The position numbers and the translations under genes are program-made. From Basidiobolus meristosporus CBS 931.73 (lineage: Eukaryota > Fungi > Basidiobolomycota), in contig MCFE01000641.1 in assembly GCA_002104905.1 (NCBI GenBank), forward strand, positions 1-50,630: a stretch of 50,630 bases of DNA, given 5' to 3'. Shown piece after piece: positions 11,744-23,810 of this stretch (positions are counted from its first letter, which is position 1; the number at the start of each line of letters is the position of its first letter). Below the pieces are notes generated by a model that was given only the letters and a program-made list of their open reading frames with translations, did no database searches and was not told the DNA's origin.

Positions 11744-14126
11744 TTGCCATTGTTCATGACCACTTCCAACCAATCGCAGGGGGAAGCCATGGTATGGTTC
11801 GAATCAATCCACCCCGTCCTGATGCCAGTCACTAACGCTCACTCTCACCAATTCAAAGATTGGAGTTTCGAGGATTCGGAGCCATCCACGTCCCCAGAGA
11901 ATGAGATGTTCAACGGGATATCACCACCGACTTCCCCTCACTTGAACACATTCTCCCCGCCAGACTCGCCCAACTACCATTCCCACCAGTCGACCACGCT
12001 GTCCATACCAAATACCATGATCCTCCCGCAGCAAACGTACATCCATATCGTCCCAGAGGGGAGCGTGGATCCATTAAATCTCGTGCCGGCACAGATGGGC
12101 GACGATGAGGTTTCGAAAGGCCAATACGTCCCGGTGATCCCCAAATCCCCCTTGCTTATCAGCTACCACACGCTGAGCGAGAAGCTGGAGGCCGTCAACA
12201 GTGAGATGGTGCTTTTGCACAATGTGTGTCGAAAGAACTCTGTACATACGCCAAGGTCTGCCCGGAAGGAAGATCCAGCGGTGATTGAAAAGGCCCAGAG
12301 CCTCAACCTGACCATCACCGAAACCCAGTCGACGTTGGGCAAGATCAACAACCTGGTGCAGCTTGCTGCTGCGTCCACCCACATCACCACCTTCTCGCCC
12401 CGGCTAGTTGCCTACCAGCTGACCTTGATCGAGTCCGCTCTGTTCCAGCGCATCCCTCCCACCGCAGTTCTAACCCACTCACCCAAATCGCCCCACCCGG
12501 CCATCGTGGCTTCGACCGATTTCTTCAACTACTTGACCAGAGTCGTCGAAACCTCTATCCTGCTCTCCGATGAGCCGTCCGACCGGGCCGAGATCCTCAA
12601 CCACTGGATCAGGACCGCCTCGCGCCTGCACGACCTACGCAACTTCCAAACGCTGAAGGCGGTGTTAAGCGCCACCGGAACCCCGCCTGTGCAGAGATTG
12701 AAGCGCACCTGGAACTGCGTTCCCAAGAGGGCCATGTCCCGTCTAGATACGCTGAGAGAGTTGATGAGTGAAGACAACAACTACGGGAAATACCGGGAGA
12801 TCATGATCGGAGGGGACGTGTTGTCCGATGTGAATGCGACGACCAACATCCTTCCGCTGACCAAACCAACCGTACCGTTCCTTGGTGTCTTCATCATGGA
12901 TGCAACCTACCTGCTGGCGGCGACCAAGAAATCCGGCCCCGGTCCCGGCCCCAGCCCCCTGGCCCCCACGCCTACGCCAATGTCCCCGGCCACCCCGCTC
13001 GCGTCCATGCTAGACAAGGGGAAGACAGCCACGTCGAACCGGCTCGAGGATGATCCCCGAATTCAGACGCTTCTATCGGTACTTCGCTGCTACCTGGCCG
13101 GCCCGAGATATCCCTCGACTCCACCACAGGACTTCTTGAAGTCGAAGTCGAAGCTCTTCACCTTCAGCACTAGCACTAGCACCAGCACCAACACCAACAC
13201 CAGCGCAGAGAACCCAGGCCGCCCGTCGACGTACGAAAAACAGGCCCACAACCGACGCAGAAACAAGGAGCTCGACGGGCTGTACACCACCCAGCAAGTG
13301 GTGCTACACTACCTTTTGTCGCAACCATGGTGCACCGAACGTCAAGTCGATGAGATCAGCAAGTCCCGGGAGCCGAAAAAGAAATCGACAAGTGGGTTGA
13401 GAAATCAGCACCGGCAATCGCCTCGCCCTCTCGACCTCCGCCTCCACATCCACCAGCACCAGCACCAGCACCCCGGTCACCACGACAGTCACCTCTTCGA
13501 ATCACTCCAGCGTGGTGGACGAGGCCTCGTGGTCGAAGCACAACAACAGCGGGATCAGGGAGGCGTTCGGCAGCTTGAAGCACCATCTTCACTTCCACAT
13601 CGGCCATTCCCCCGGTCGCCACGAGGAGGAGGATCACAGGCTTGGGCCCCGAAAGCCATCCCTGCCAAATCTGCAGCGGATAAGACACGCCCTGGGAACC
13701 CCGCCTGCGGAGGAGGGGATGAATTACGAGCTTTCGTTTGCGACGATGGAGATCTCACCCCCGATACCACTGGCGCGTGGAATGCGTACCACCTCGTCGT
13801 TGAGGGTGCCCAGGTCGACCAAGAGTGCCGAAAGCCTCCCGGTGGTGACCACAGGTCGATTCGCCAGAGGGAGCATCAACCCGACCATCCAGGAGGAATC
13901 CTACAGCCTCCCGAATGAAAACGTGCTGGCGTCCACGGAGGAGTTGGTGGATCTCTTCCATCCCCATCTGGAGGAGAGGGAGCATCTCCGCCGAAACCAG
14001 ACGGAGTCGAGCCCCACCTGCACCTCCCCAACCCCGACCCCGACCCCGACCAAATTGGGTGGGTCCAACCTGTTCACCAAAAAACTTAAACCACTCACCC
14101 GCACCATAAGAAATATCACCAGCTAA
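11744..14126 (+). CDS. RasGEF (CDC25-domain) guanine nucleotide exchange factor; apparent frameshift near 13400 and uncertain start
   Basis: LVAYQLTLIESALFQRI, RAEILNHWIRTA, LRNFQTLKAVLSA, VQRLKRTW, NNYGKYR, PTVPFLGVFIMD. The Ser/Thr-rich C-terminus continues in the frame of ORF 13512-14126. Confidence 0.85.
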
Positions 14127-14169
14127 CTCGAATGTTCCATAAACAACCAGGGGATGAGTGGGGAGAGAA

Positions 14170-14245
14170 GCGCCATCGCCAACATCACCATCACCATCAC
14201 CCTCCTCCTCTTCCTCTTCCTCTTCCTCTTCCTCCTCCACTTCCA
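14170..14245. repeat. Low-complexity CAT/CAC and CCT/CTT microsatellite
   Basis: catcaccatcaccatcacc followed by (cctctt)n. Confidence 0.8.
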
Positions 14246-14709
14246 CTTCCATGGCATTGCCATCGTCATCGTAGACCTAAATTTAGCCTTTACCTAAATC
14301 GAAGACATGCACTTTTGATCCGCCAGCCACTTACCATATATAGATCCACAGCTAAGCAATCAACTTACAAAATAAACAGGCTAGCTCCCAACAGATTTCC
14401 ACACGGGTATCCGGATCCAAGATGGTGTCGGGGGGGGGGGGTATCGTTTAGGTTCTTCACGGTGCCGGAGTTGGTATCACCATGGCCATCTCCAGGATGG
14501 TTCGTGATCCACACCAACAATGGAACCCGCATCCATTGACTAATCCTTGGTCGTATCGAACGCACCCACGTCCTTATCTGTACTCGCTCCCCCATTCCCT
14601 ATCTCCATCCATAGATCTGAGCAAACAATGGAATGTTCAGAACTTTTATTCATAGGTGGATACATGATGTCGGGATGGGACACGAGCATGAGTAAAGATA
14701 CAGGTATGG

Positions 14710-14750
14710 GTGAGTGTGAGTGTGAGTGTGAGAGTGAGGGTGAGAGTGAG
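14710..14750. repeat. (GAGTGT)n-like hexamer microsatellite
   Basis: gagtgtgagtgtgagtgtgagagtgagggtgagagtgag. Confidence 0.8.
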
Positions 14751-15881
14751 GTTGGATGAGAACAAGAACTGGTGTGGAAGCGAGTATGGCTACAAGCAGA
14801 GATACAAGATAGGAGAAAAATGAGAAATGAGAAATGGAAACAAAAACACTGATAATGATGCCGAGATAAGAAAAAGGAAATGCGGGTAAGAGATGCGATA
14901 GGTTGCGATTGGAAATCTGGGTGAGGAACCACCAGCATCATGGGGGTGGAGTAGAAGGGATGGTGGACGGGCGGTCGAGAAAGATCCGGATTGCAATGGG
15001 ATGGGGTTGGCATGAAGTGGGTGGTGTGAGAACGGAATCGGGGTGGATCTAAGGGCTACAGGGCCGCTCAAAGGATATGGCTACGAATATGGCCATGGAG
15101 AAGGGTCCGAGTACAGGATTGGCCACTTCCACGGCCACGGCTGCGGTCATTCTCTGCTACGGAAAACTCGCCGAATTTGGCAATGTCGGAGAAAATGAAT
15201 TCTCGCAGAGCTCCATCGCTCGGGGAAAAACGGGTCCCTCCGGGACTTTTTCCGCAAACACATGAGCGCCAAACCACATTAACACGTACGGGCACAGGCA
15301 CAGGAAGAGGAACAGACACAGATACACGTACACGTACAGGCTCGCGCACACACAGATACACTTGTGAAGAAGCAGCGATGCGCACGCCTCAAACCGGACC
15401 AGATCTTCCGGGGAAATTCGAAACACACTCACTCCATAGCGTTGGGTCAAGGGAAATCGAACTTTAGATGGATTAAAGGAATTTCTCTAAGTAAGGGGAA
15501 ACACTGTACAAATCGTGGGTCAGATTGCACTTGGGTGAAGAACATGAGCGAGGGAGTGGGGGAGGGGAAGAAGGGAAGGGGATAGAGTTGGGAACAAAGC
15601 AAAATAAATGTCTCCACGTGGAGAGGTTGAAAGAATAAATGGGGAGGGGGTGTACTGAGTATTGTGGTGACCGCGATGGTGGTGTTGGCCGGTTGCTTGG
15701 TCTGCTAAAAGCATTGCGAGTATCTTCGATGAGCAGGTGATTGGTAGGGGGGGGGAGTAGGTGGAGTGAGCAGGGCTGAGTAGAGGTGGGGGTCTGGTGG
15801 TTGGTAGGTGAAATAGGTTCCCTTCTTCGGCGTTGAGGTAGGGTCAGAGATTCTTCAGGATGTAAGTGGCATATATTTACA

Positions 15882-16781
15882 TTAATGGAAAGGACGTTCA
15901 TGTGAATTATACAAGGTTGTAGGATGGGAGGTGGGGACGGGTTGCAGGTTAAGAAGGGTGGATGGCTTGGTTTCTATTTCAACCTGGCTATAGGAAGGTG
16001 GGTTAACTGGATTGGTTTTAAGGTTAGGGAGGCCCTGCTCAAAAAGCAACGATGACCAGCGGGAAAACACGGCGGTCGAGACGAAGAGGCGATAGTCCAA
16101 GAGTCGAAGGACAGTCAACTCACAGGCGGAGATTTCCGCGACTTTTAGCCCAGTGATCTTGGCCCAGGCACGGTTCGAGCAGCTACGGTCGGCGAGAAAC
16201 TTCGAGGAAAGAATGAGCGCAGCCAAGAACATTCTTCTACCACATCTGACCAGAGTGTAGGTCAAGGTATCCGCGTCAGCGAGAAGAGTCGGAAGTTCCT
16301 TCGAGGGACAGGTTGAGCCTGGTTCAGATAACTGATTGGCTCTAAAAAACCCATCCGACTTGGGGATATGCTCCTTGATGCGTAGGATATATATAAGAGC
16401 GGTGAGAAGGGTACAGAAGGTGGTCTTGGAGCGTTTAAGAGTCTCGCGAATGAAACTTTTCAAACCCAATACTTGGGTGGAATAAGCTGAGGTGGGTGGG
16501 TTGGGCCAAATGGACTCGATCACAAGGGCAGAAACGTCTGCAGGAAACATAAAGAACAAGTACGTTAATGAGGGTCGACAGGGGGCCTAGAGAACGACGG
16601 TATCCTGCTTCAGCTGAGCGTTTCATACCGAGGTCGCGGTTTCGGACTTACCAACTAGCTTTTCCACAAAGTCACGCTTACTTTGCTGAGCCCGTGGGGC
16701 GGTGTTTAGGACCGGTCCGCCAGGGACAGGGAAATGAGCGTCTTTTCTGTGATTAATCTTGTCATTGTTGGCAAGGTTCAT
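15882..16781 (-). CDS. Pho85-type cyclin (Pcl5/Clg1-like), 2 exons
   Basis: Exon 1 16781-16652 (MNLANN...KRDFVEKLV), intron 16651-16538, exon 2 with FIRETLKRSKTT, CGRRMFLAALILSSKFLADRSCSNRAWAKITGL, ELTVLRLLDYRL. Confidence 0.9.
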
Positions 16782-17874
16782 GTTGATACTAGTAGGTGGA
16801 CTGGTTGTTCAAAGCTTGGGGGAAGTGGTTGGAAAGTGGTCTACAAAATAGTACTGTTGAGTAAAATAGGGGTTTGTAGTGGGTAAAGAAAGTAGATGAT
16901 AATCGAAGTGGGGAGAAACGGTAACTTTCAGAGCAGTTTAGAAGCAAAGGAAGCAATCTTCATTTGAAGTCAAATTATAATCTAAACCAGTGCCGCAGTT
17001 GATCTAATTATGACGCTAACTTAGGCGGAGCTGGAAGCTTGATGTTAAGAATGACCAGGCCCAACTACCAACCAAATTGGTCCATTTCTCTTGTTCAACG
17101 TGAGATTTATGAAGCTGCGGTCCAATAGAAAAGAAGAACCTAGATCTCAAGAAATTAAATCCAGGGAGTTTGCCCATCCTCTATGATCAAAACCACCGAG
17201 ATCTGATGAAATATGGCATTTTAGCCCGGTTACGTAAAAAAAAGCGGACTACCGCAGTCAGGAATTCATTGCGGGCCTCGATAGTTTAGGTGATCACGAT
17301 ATATCCACGGGTCCAATCAGATCATAGGAATTGTAGGAGCTTGCGGCATCCCCAAAGAGTTTGACCCGCAGATTTGTTATCAGGACAATTGGAAATCTAC
17401 AAATGTGCAACGATTGTTATTAGTCAGGCATCTGGCCAATGAGCAGCTGGACGCAGTGTAAGTGACATCTGGTGCGTCGAGTATAGATCAAGTGGGAGGT
17501 CATCTGGGTCAGTCTGACACTCTGGCTTTTTTTGGTTAGCGCTTTAATGAGAGGGTGTTATTGAGTGGCTCGCATGGATGGTGCTTAACTGGAGTGGAGA
17601 TTCATGATCAGCGGCATCTTCCAAAGTGAGGGCAGCCCCTGGTAGAGGAAAACGACTCCAGATATTCGGGGCAGCATGGGAGTCGGATGCTAGCAACTAC
17701 CTCGTCGCCTTCTATCGATCGGCATACTGAGCCTCTGTTTCGCATAGTGAACATGTTTAAAGGTAGATGTCGTAGACTTTGTTACCGATCATACATGATT
17801 TGCGTTTCAAGTACCTCAGCCACTTCTCTAATAAAAGGGCTTCTCATCCTCCAGCGTATCGGCTATTCTTGAAG

Positions 17875-18399
17875 ATGGGAGGCCTGTCGCTCGTATTGCT
17901 AGGTGGTATCTGGGCTACTGCATGCTATTTAGCCAAAGCTAGCCCCCATTACAAGTCCAAACCGGTGGTCGGAATCAGCTTTGGCTATGATATAATTACT
18001 TCACCTGAACCCTACGAAGCAGCCGCCCTTTGGGATGGGTTAGATGCGATCCCATATACTCTGGACAGTTTCATTGATGGTGATTTATCCGGATATGAAT
18101 GGGACAACCTCGCAGATAGAGGTTTGGACGCGCTGACTCCCCTTAGGCCGGTGCAGCCACTTCATCCTCCAGAGTTTGGTAATGCGCCGATGGTCATTCC
18201 AGATCCAGTGCGTCAGGGCTTTCCCTCGCCACTAAAGACTAAAGTCGACCGCGTAGAAACCCTTGGAACCCCCTCAGTCGTAAAGGTGCATAGGCCGGCA
18301 ATCCATGTAGAAACACCAAAGCATCCTGATAGGCAGCCTTGGATGTCTTTTACCACCGACTCGGAGCGATATAGAATTGAGACCTCGAGTGAGGAGTAG
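17875..18399 (+). CDS. Hypothetical secreted protein, about 174 aa
   Basis: The ATG at 17875 gives a signal-like hydrophobic N-terminus (MGGLSLVLLGGIWATACYLAKA); open frame; no recognised domain. Confidence 0.5.
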   Translation: MGGLSLVLLGGIWATACYLAKASPHYKSKPVVGISFGYDIITSPEPYEAAALWDGLDAIPYTLDSFIDGDLSGYEWDNLADRGLDALTPLRPVQPLHPPEFGNAPMVIPDPVRQGFPSPLKTKVDRVETLGTPSVVKVHRPAIHVETPKHPDRQPWMSFTTDSERYRIETSSEE

Positions 18400-18604
18400 G
18401 CTTCAGATTGTATCAATGTCCCTCATTTGGCAGGAGATGGTTTCATTTAAACGCAATGAAGTGACTACCACATACGCTTTGCGGGTGTATGCAGTAAATA
18501 TTAGTTACGTTTTAATGCGGAGAAACTCCATTGCGTGACTTTGTCTTGGGTTATATGCGTACACGAAACTACTATTATGGTTTATTTATTTACAAAACAT
18601 CTCC

Positions 18605-19179
18605 CTATTCCTCTTCGGAAGGCCTCTCGCTTATGACCGTGGCCATTTCTTCAGGGTAAAGCTGACCAATGCGTGATTTCAGAGCTCTAACGTGTACACT
18701 TAGAGGGGAGGACGTGGTAATCTCTGTAAAAATGAGTTGAGCACTTACCGAATCCTCCGAAAGACGTGTTCCAAGTCAGTCCTCAGATGTGTCAGCAATT
18801 CAGTATGCTTCTGAAATCGGCCTTGTAATTCTTGGTATTTGCTTTGGCTGAATTCGTTGAAGATGGCGAGTTCTTCGGTTCGAGAATGAAGAACCTGTGC
18901 GCTAGGATTCGTTTTCGTTTAGTAAAGTAGGTGTGAGGCTTGAGAGACTATCACATTGAGGGACTCTTACGTCTCTTGCTGAAACTGTAACATCATATCC
19001 ACCATCTCTGGGCTGACCAATTCCATGCATCTTTCCAAGAATTTTTCTGAGCCATCCACTTTTTGCAGTTCCTCCTGAGGAACTTGCTCGTTGGATAGAT
19101 TGCTGTCAGGGAGCGCTTTAAACTGAAGCTGGAAGTAATCAGGGCCGGATGGTTCCTGAATATGTGAGGGTGAAGGCAT
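18605..19179 (-). CDS. KXD1: KxDL-motif protein (BLOC-1/BORC subunit KXD1-like), 3 exons
   Basis: Spliced product ...ELAIFNEFSQSKYQELQGRFQKHTELLTHLRTDLEHVFRRIRALKSRIGQLYPEE..., matching the KxDL pattern; GT-AG introns. Confidence 0.8.
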
Positions 19180-19482
19180 CTTGTACAGTTGTCACTGCTA
19201 TTTGATTAGCTGATAATAAAGGCGATATTTGAGCCTCAACAATGATCAATTCTGGTGGGCAGAGGATCTGAACATAAATTCAATAAGCCTATGCCCGTAA
19301 GCCTATGCCCCTAGGACTTTGGTCTGACGTGTATTTGATTTGAATTGAAAAAGTGCATTACCATCTAATTTGGTCCGTGAACCTCGCTAAATTGGCCTTG
19401 TATCAAAGTACCACTGCTAATCTCATACGCCTTCCAATTTCTACTTGACGCGCTATATAGATCTATACCTCGCTTTAGACTC

Positions 19483-20329
19483 ATGGGTACTTCGGTTCGC
19501 TTTACTGTTGGGAAGATTGATGCCGGCATGGTAACTTTAAAGGGTAGAGGACCCACCAACCACTCTCAATACCAACTCGCTTGTTTATTCTTAGGCAATT
19601 CTTTTGACGGAGGACAATCATCTCATAGAATTTCCTTCCCTTTTGCTCCCTTCAGGGGTGACTTCGGGTAGTATCATCAACATCGACGTAAACAGAGATT
19701 ACTTGGAAGAGAAGAAACGAAAGCAAACCTTCTGGGAGTTGCAGGACGAGATTCTTGCCGAATTCGGCGCTCACACACCAGAAGCGCCCACGCTTCGCGC
19801 CAAAGGAGTCACCCAAACCTCCTTGGTCCTCGAATGGGATCCGCTGGTCCTTTACAACGCCGAGCTGCGCAGTGTGAATATTTTCCGCGACGGACACAAG
19901 CTTAGCCACCACGTTTCGGAGGGAGTCAACTACTTCAAGATCAGTGGGCTAGACATGGACCACGAGTACCTGCTACACATTCAGGTCAAAACATCCGCTG
20001 GCACTTTCGAAAGCAACAAGGTGCTGGTCAAAACACACACCATCGAAAACCTCACGGGAATCAACATATGCTTGGGGGAGTTCGATCGACCAGAGGAGAT
20101 CGAAGAGCTGAAGCAGTGCGCTGAAAGAATCGGGGCCAAGTGGTCGGACACGATGTCGGTGGAAACCACACATCTTATTTGCAAGCACCCGGGAGGGATC
20201 AACTATCAAAAAGCCACAGGATGGAACATCCCCATCGTCAAGCCACTATGGTTGACGTCCTGCGAGGCCTTGAAGAAGGTTCAGCCTGCTTTGACATACT
20301 ATCTTGAGCCAGAGCCGGCCGCGAAATAA
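19483..20329 (+). CDS. CHS5: Chs5/Cfr1 exomer subunit (N-terminal domain, FN3, BRCT), 2 exons
   Basis: MGTSVRFTVGKIDAGM|AILLTEDNHLIEFPSLLLP, TQTSLVLEWDPL, KISGLDMDHEY, BRCT TTHLICK...IPIVKPLWL. Confidence 0.92.
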
Positions 20330-20612
20330 ATACCTGTGCACATCGGGCGGGTGCTCTTTTGTGCTGTCATCAACGTAATCATTAAAGCGCTTTATCCCCT
20401 TGATACACTGGCGCCAATCATTAAAACACAATATTCCATTTGTGCACTGGAGGCTTCGAGTTTTATTTAGATTCGATGGGATGAAGATGTCTAAACATGT
20501 CCTGATGGAAGCTCCTTCGGGGCAATTCGAGGGAATTAGTGACTGCCATGAGTGTACAACAGTGTGGGGTTTCTGAGCCAGGTGGGAGGTGGTTTATATC
20601 AACATGATTCGG

Positions 20613-22015
20613 TCACATGGAGTCTAGGAGGTAATTGGTGGCTTTGACCAGGTCGTAGTCGTGTGCTTTCAAGGCCCGGATGGCTTGCTCCTTACTGAAT
20701 CCCATGTTCACCAACTCGCGGACCTGGGGAACATTTGCTTCATTCTCAGCTTGGTCTTCGTGGAGGGACGCTGGAAGCGGAGGGATGGGTGGCGGCATGC
20801 TTGTTTCAGAGTCATACCAGCTTTTTGCGGGCTTGGGTGGCAGTTGGGGAGGCATAGCGTGGTTAGTCTTGGAAGATCCTGGAGTGGTGTATCGTGCAGA
20901 GTGATGTGGCGCTGACAGTTGTGAGTGGGAGTCGTAGTAAGATTTTGCGGTGTGGCTGGGGTAGCTTGCTCCTTGAGACGAAGGAGCGATGTGAGGTTGG
21001 CTTGGATGGCGATATGGCGGATTTGGGCTACTGTGGAGTGGCTGGCCGTAGCTGTATGTGTTGGACCGAGGTAAGTTGTAATGGTTGGGGCTAGTGTCGC
21101 TGAGCGACAGTTCCGTGACACTGCGTGCGATAAACTCAGGCGCCTGCGCATCGGAAACGACATCAAGTCCATTGTGTATGATTGGCTGACTGGTCTTGTA
21201 AGAGCTAGGCTTGGATTTTGAACTGGATAATGGTGCAAGAGGGTCGAAGTCTGGGTCGAGGCCGACATGTGGGGTTTGGTTCACTGCTCCGGCAAGAACG
21301 TCTTCTAAAATTTTCAGGTCATCTTCGGACGTTTTCGGGGTATCCCAGGGGTTGGCAGGAGGTAGGCCGTTTTCAAATTCCAAATAATTGAAGTTTCGTG
21401 GTTTTCCTCCCTAAAGTACGAGTTGCGTCAGCTTGACTTGAATTCATTGACGGCTGATAATTTACCTTGTTATCGGAAGCAGGTCTTAACATTTCTAGAG
21501 TGGGCGACATCTCTCTTCTGGTCTCCAGCTCTGGTGACATGGAGGCGGCTCTTCCGTGCGATGATACCACGGGAACTGGCTGCAGTATTTCCCCCTCACT
21601 AGAAAGACCCGGGGCTACTGCTTTCAAGCGGGCTCTTTCTTTATCGACTTTTTCTTTGTCGACCATCTTACGTGATTCCTCCTGAGCTGCAGCACGTGCC
21701 TCTTCTTCCTTTCTTTTTTCATCTGCTACAGTAACTATGTGCCTTTCCAGCTTGAAATCGTAGGCCGACTGCAACTGCGAAAAAGTTAGATGCTAAGGAA
21801 ACAACGCTACTACTGCATGGCATTCTTGGTGAGAATCATACCAATTGCTTTAGATGTGGAAGAGGGGCATATTCGCTCGGAAGTTTGACCTGTCAGCAAG
21901 GAAATTAGCCAATGTCACCAAGTGAGTGCAAAGTAAAACCTACCGATTTGGGTAATTTCTTCTTTAGTGTTGTTGTTAAAGGGACATCCGATAGCGCAGA
22001 ATACATAAGTGACAT
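20613..22015 (-). CDS. UBAP1-like ESCRT-I subunit (N-terminal UMA, C-terminal UBA), spliced
   Basis: Spliced N-terminus MSLMYSALSDVPL...VKLPSEYAPLPHLKQLLQSAYDFKLER resembles the UBAP1 UMA domain; C-terminal VRELVNMGFSKEQAIRALKAHDYDLVKATNYLL is a UBA domain. Confidence 0.75.
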
Positions 22016-22436
22016 TATCGACGAGACTCTCAGCAGCTTTGATTCTTCTCGAGGTGTTTGGGGGATGTGGCAACTGTGAGTAGGGTGTATGTGCTAGAGA
22101 TAGACTGGTATGTGGCAAGGAATTCAGATAGAAATTATGTCATGCGATAATCACTCTGACAATAGTTAATTCATACTCAGATATCACGCATTTTCCTCAC
22201 TGCCTTTACGCTACATATTTCCTCAATAATCTGCAAATCAGGTTGAAGCCGATGTAAATCGGCTAATAAACACAACTGCTGTTCATTGATTTTCAGTAAA
22301 TCACCCAAAAATATGCATAAATCCCCGATACGTACATACAACTTGACTTTGCTGGCTATGCATTGCACATGTGTGTATGGTGGTTGGTGAAATTGAAACA
22401 TTTATTGGACCTCAATATTCCGACTCCAGCCAAACC

Positions 22437-22733
22437 TTAGAATTCGTAGCGGACACATGTCCCACTCCCACCGAGTAATCCTTCATAATCTTGCTTACAT
22501 CTGAACCCTCGGGGGCAAAAGACGCGAGCACTTGGATTGCACCGCACTATAGGGGGGCGCCGGCGTACACACCTTCCATACCCTCCAGGAAGGCCCCTGC
22601 GTTCCGGTTCGCACTCAAAGCCGCGAGGACAAAATAGACGAGCACTCGGGTTGCATCTGAACTCCAGCGCTGCCATACCATTCCATAAGGAAGCCACTAA
22701 GATGAAGATCAGTAGTCCAGTTCTTGCGTACAT
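22437..22733 (-). CDS. Small secreted cysteine-rich protein with two tandem 4-Cys modules, 98 aa
   Basis: Signal peptide MYARTGLLIFILVASLWNGMAA; modules RCNPSARLFCPRGFEC...GYGRC and RCNPSARVFCPRGFRC...GSGTC. Confidence 0.75.
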   Translation of the reverse strand: MYARTGLLIFILVASLWNGMAALEFRCNPSARLFCPRGFECEPERRGLPGGYGRCVRRRPPIVRCNPSARVFCPRGFRCKQDYEGLLGGSGTCVRYEF

Positions 22734-22995
22734 ATCAGAGATGTTGGGATATTTGCCTGGTGATTGTTTGGCCACTGCATCCTTTTAAATCAAAGATACA
22801 TACACACTGCTTTGAGCTTAGAGTTGAAACCGGTGAGCTGTGCATTGCAGCCAGAGTCTTTTAAACTATCAGAATGGGTGACGACTTCCAATCTTGAACT
22901 GAAAGATGGTGCTGATTTGTCTACCAGGTTCAGAGCTATTTTAATATCAGTAACTTTGTCATAATGTATCCTTTCACCGTTATGCTCTAACATCT

Positions 22996-23345
22996 TCAGT
23001 GTATAATTGATGAAAAGATACGCCAGTCATAGTGTTTATCGAATGCTCTACATATGCACACACATATTCCACTTCCATCTTCCTTGTCCGGTTTACATTC
23101 GTATCCTCTTGGGCAGAAGACTTGAACATCATTATTACATCTCCGGCGTCCGGCTAATATCCTGAACACAGTTCCACTTCCTTCGGAAAAATCCATATGT
23201 TCTGGTTTACACGCGAATCCAAGCGGCAGACATGTCAGAGCTGGGATTGCACCTCCCATGCTTTAGACCAGCCTCACGCACGCATACTCCACTTCCTTTG
23301 CATTCAAGCCTTTGGCAGTATTTCCTAGAGCTCGGTCACACCTGA
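22996..23345 (-). pseudogene. Frameshifted paralogue of the Cys-rich repeat protein (about 3 modules)
   Basis: ECKGSGVCVR, RCNPSS, GFACKPE...GSG and RCNNDVQVFCPRGYECKPDKEDGSGIC, split across frames. Confidence 0.65.
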
Positions 23346-23672
23346 TTTGGCGGCAGTACTACAGCTCCAGAGAGTAACCATAATCAAACTGATTCTTGCC
23401 ACATGCTGTTTGCCGGATGGATGGGTGAACTCCAACCATTTATTGTTATATGCTAAAACTGGGCGTTACAAATGAGTTAGAGCCCTGTTATGGAATTTTG
23501 CTGTGACTCGGCTGCATGCTCCTTCCGCAGTCCAACAAATTGGTGGACGTATTTGATCCATTAGCATTTGCTTTCATTCTCCTGACTATACAATGCTCCT
23601 TCTACTTCTGCTCATACATCTGAAAAATGGCCATCGAACGCATTGAATCAACTGAATATTTCTAGGGATTTG

Positions 23673-23752
23673 CTCAATCATGGCCATCCTACCTGGTTTA
23701 CTCAATCATGGCCACCCTATCTAGTTTGATCAATCATGGTCACCCTATCTAG
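23673..23752. repeat. Three tandem 28-bp repeats upstream of the acyltransferase-like gene
   Basis: TCAATCATGG(C/T)CA(T/C)CCTA(C/T)CT(G/A)G units start at about 23673, 23701 and 23729. Confidence 0.85.
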
Positions 23753-23810
23753 CCACGAGCAAATCATTCCCCAGCCTGCTATCCTCGTCAAGCCACTACT
23801 ACATCCAAGC

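Noticed and set aside
11797-11806. GGTTCGAATC B-box-like sequence
   Set aside because: Lies within the RasGEF coding frame with no cloverleaf or A box.
15220-15255. Hairpin GGAAAAA..GTCCC-TCC-GGGAC-TTTTTCC in a long intergenic region; possible ncRNA
   Set aside because: A single hairpin with no snRNA, snoRNA or tRNA signature; expected by chance.
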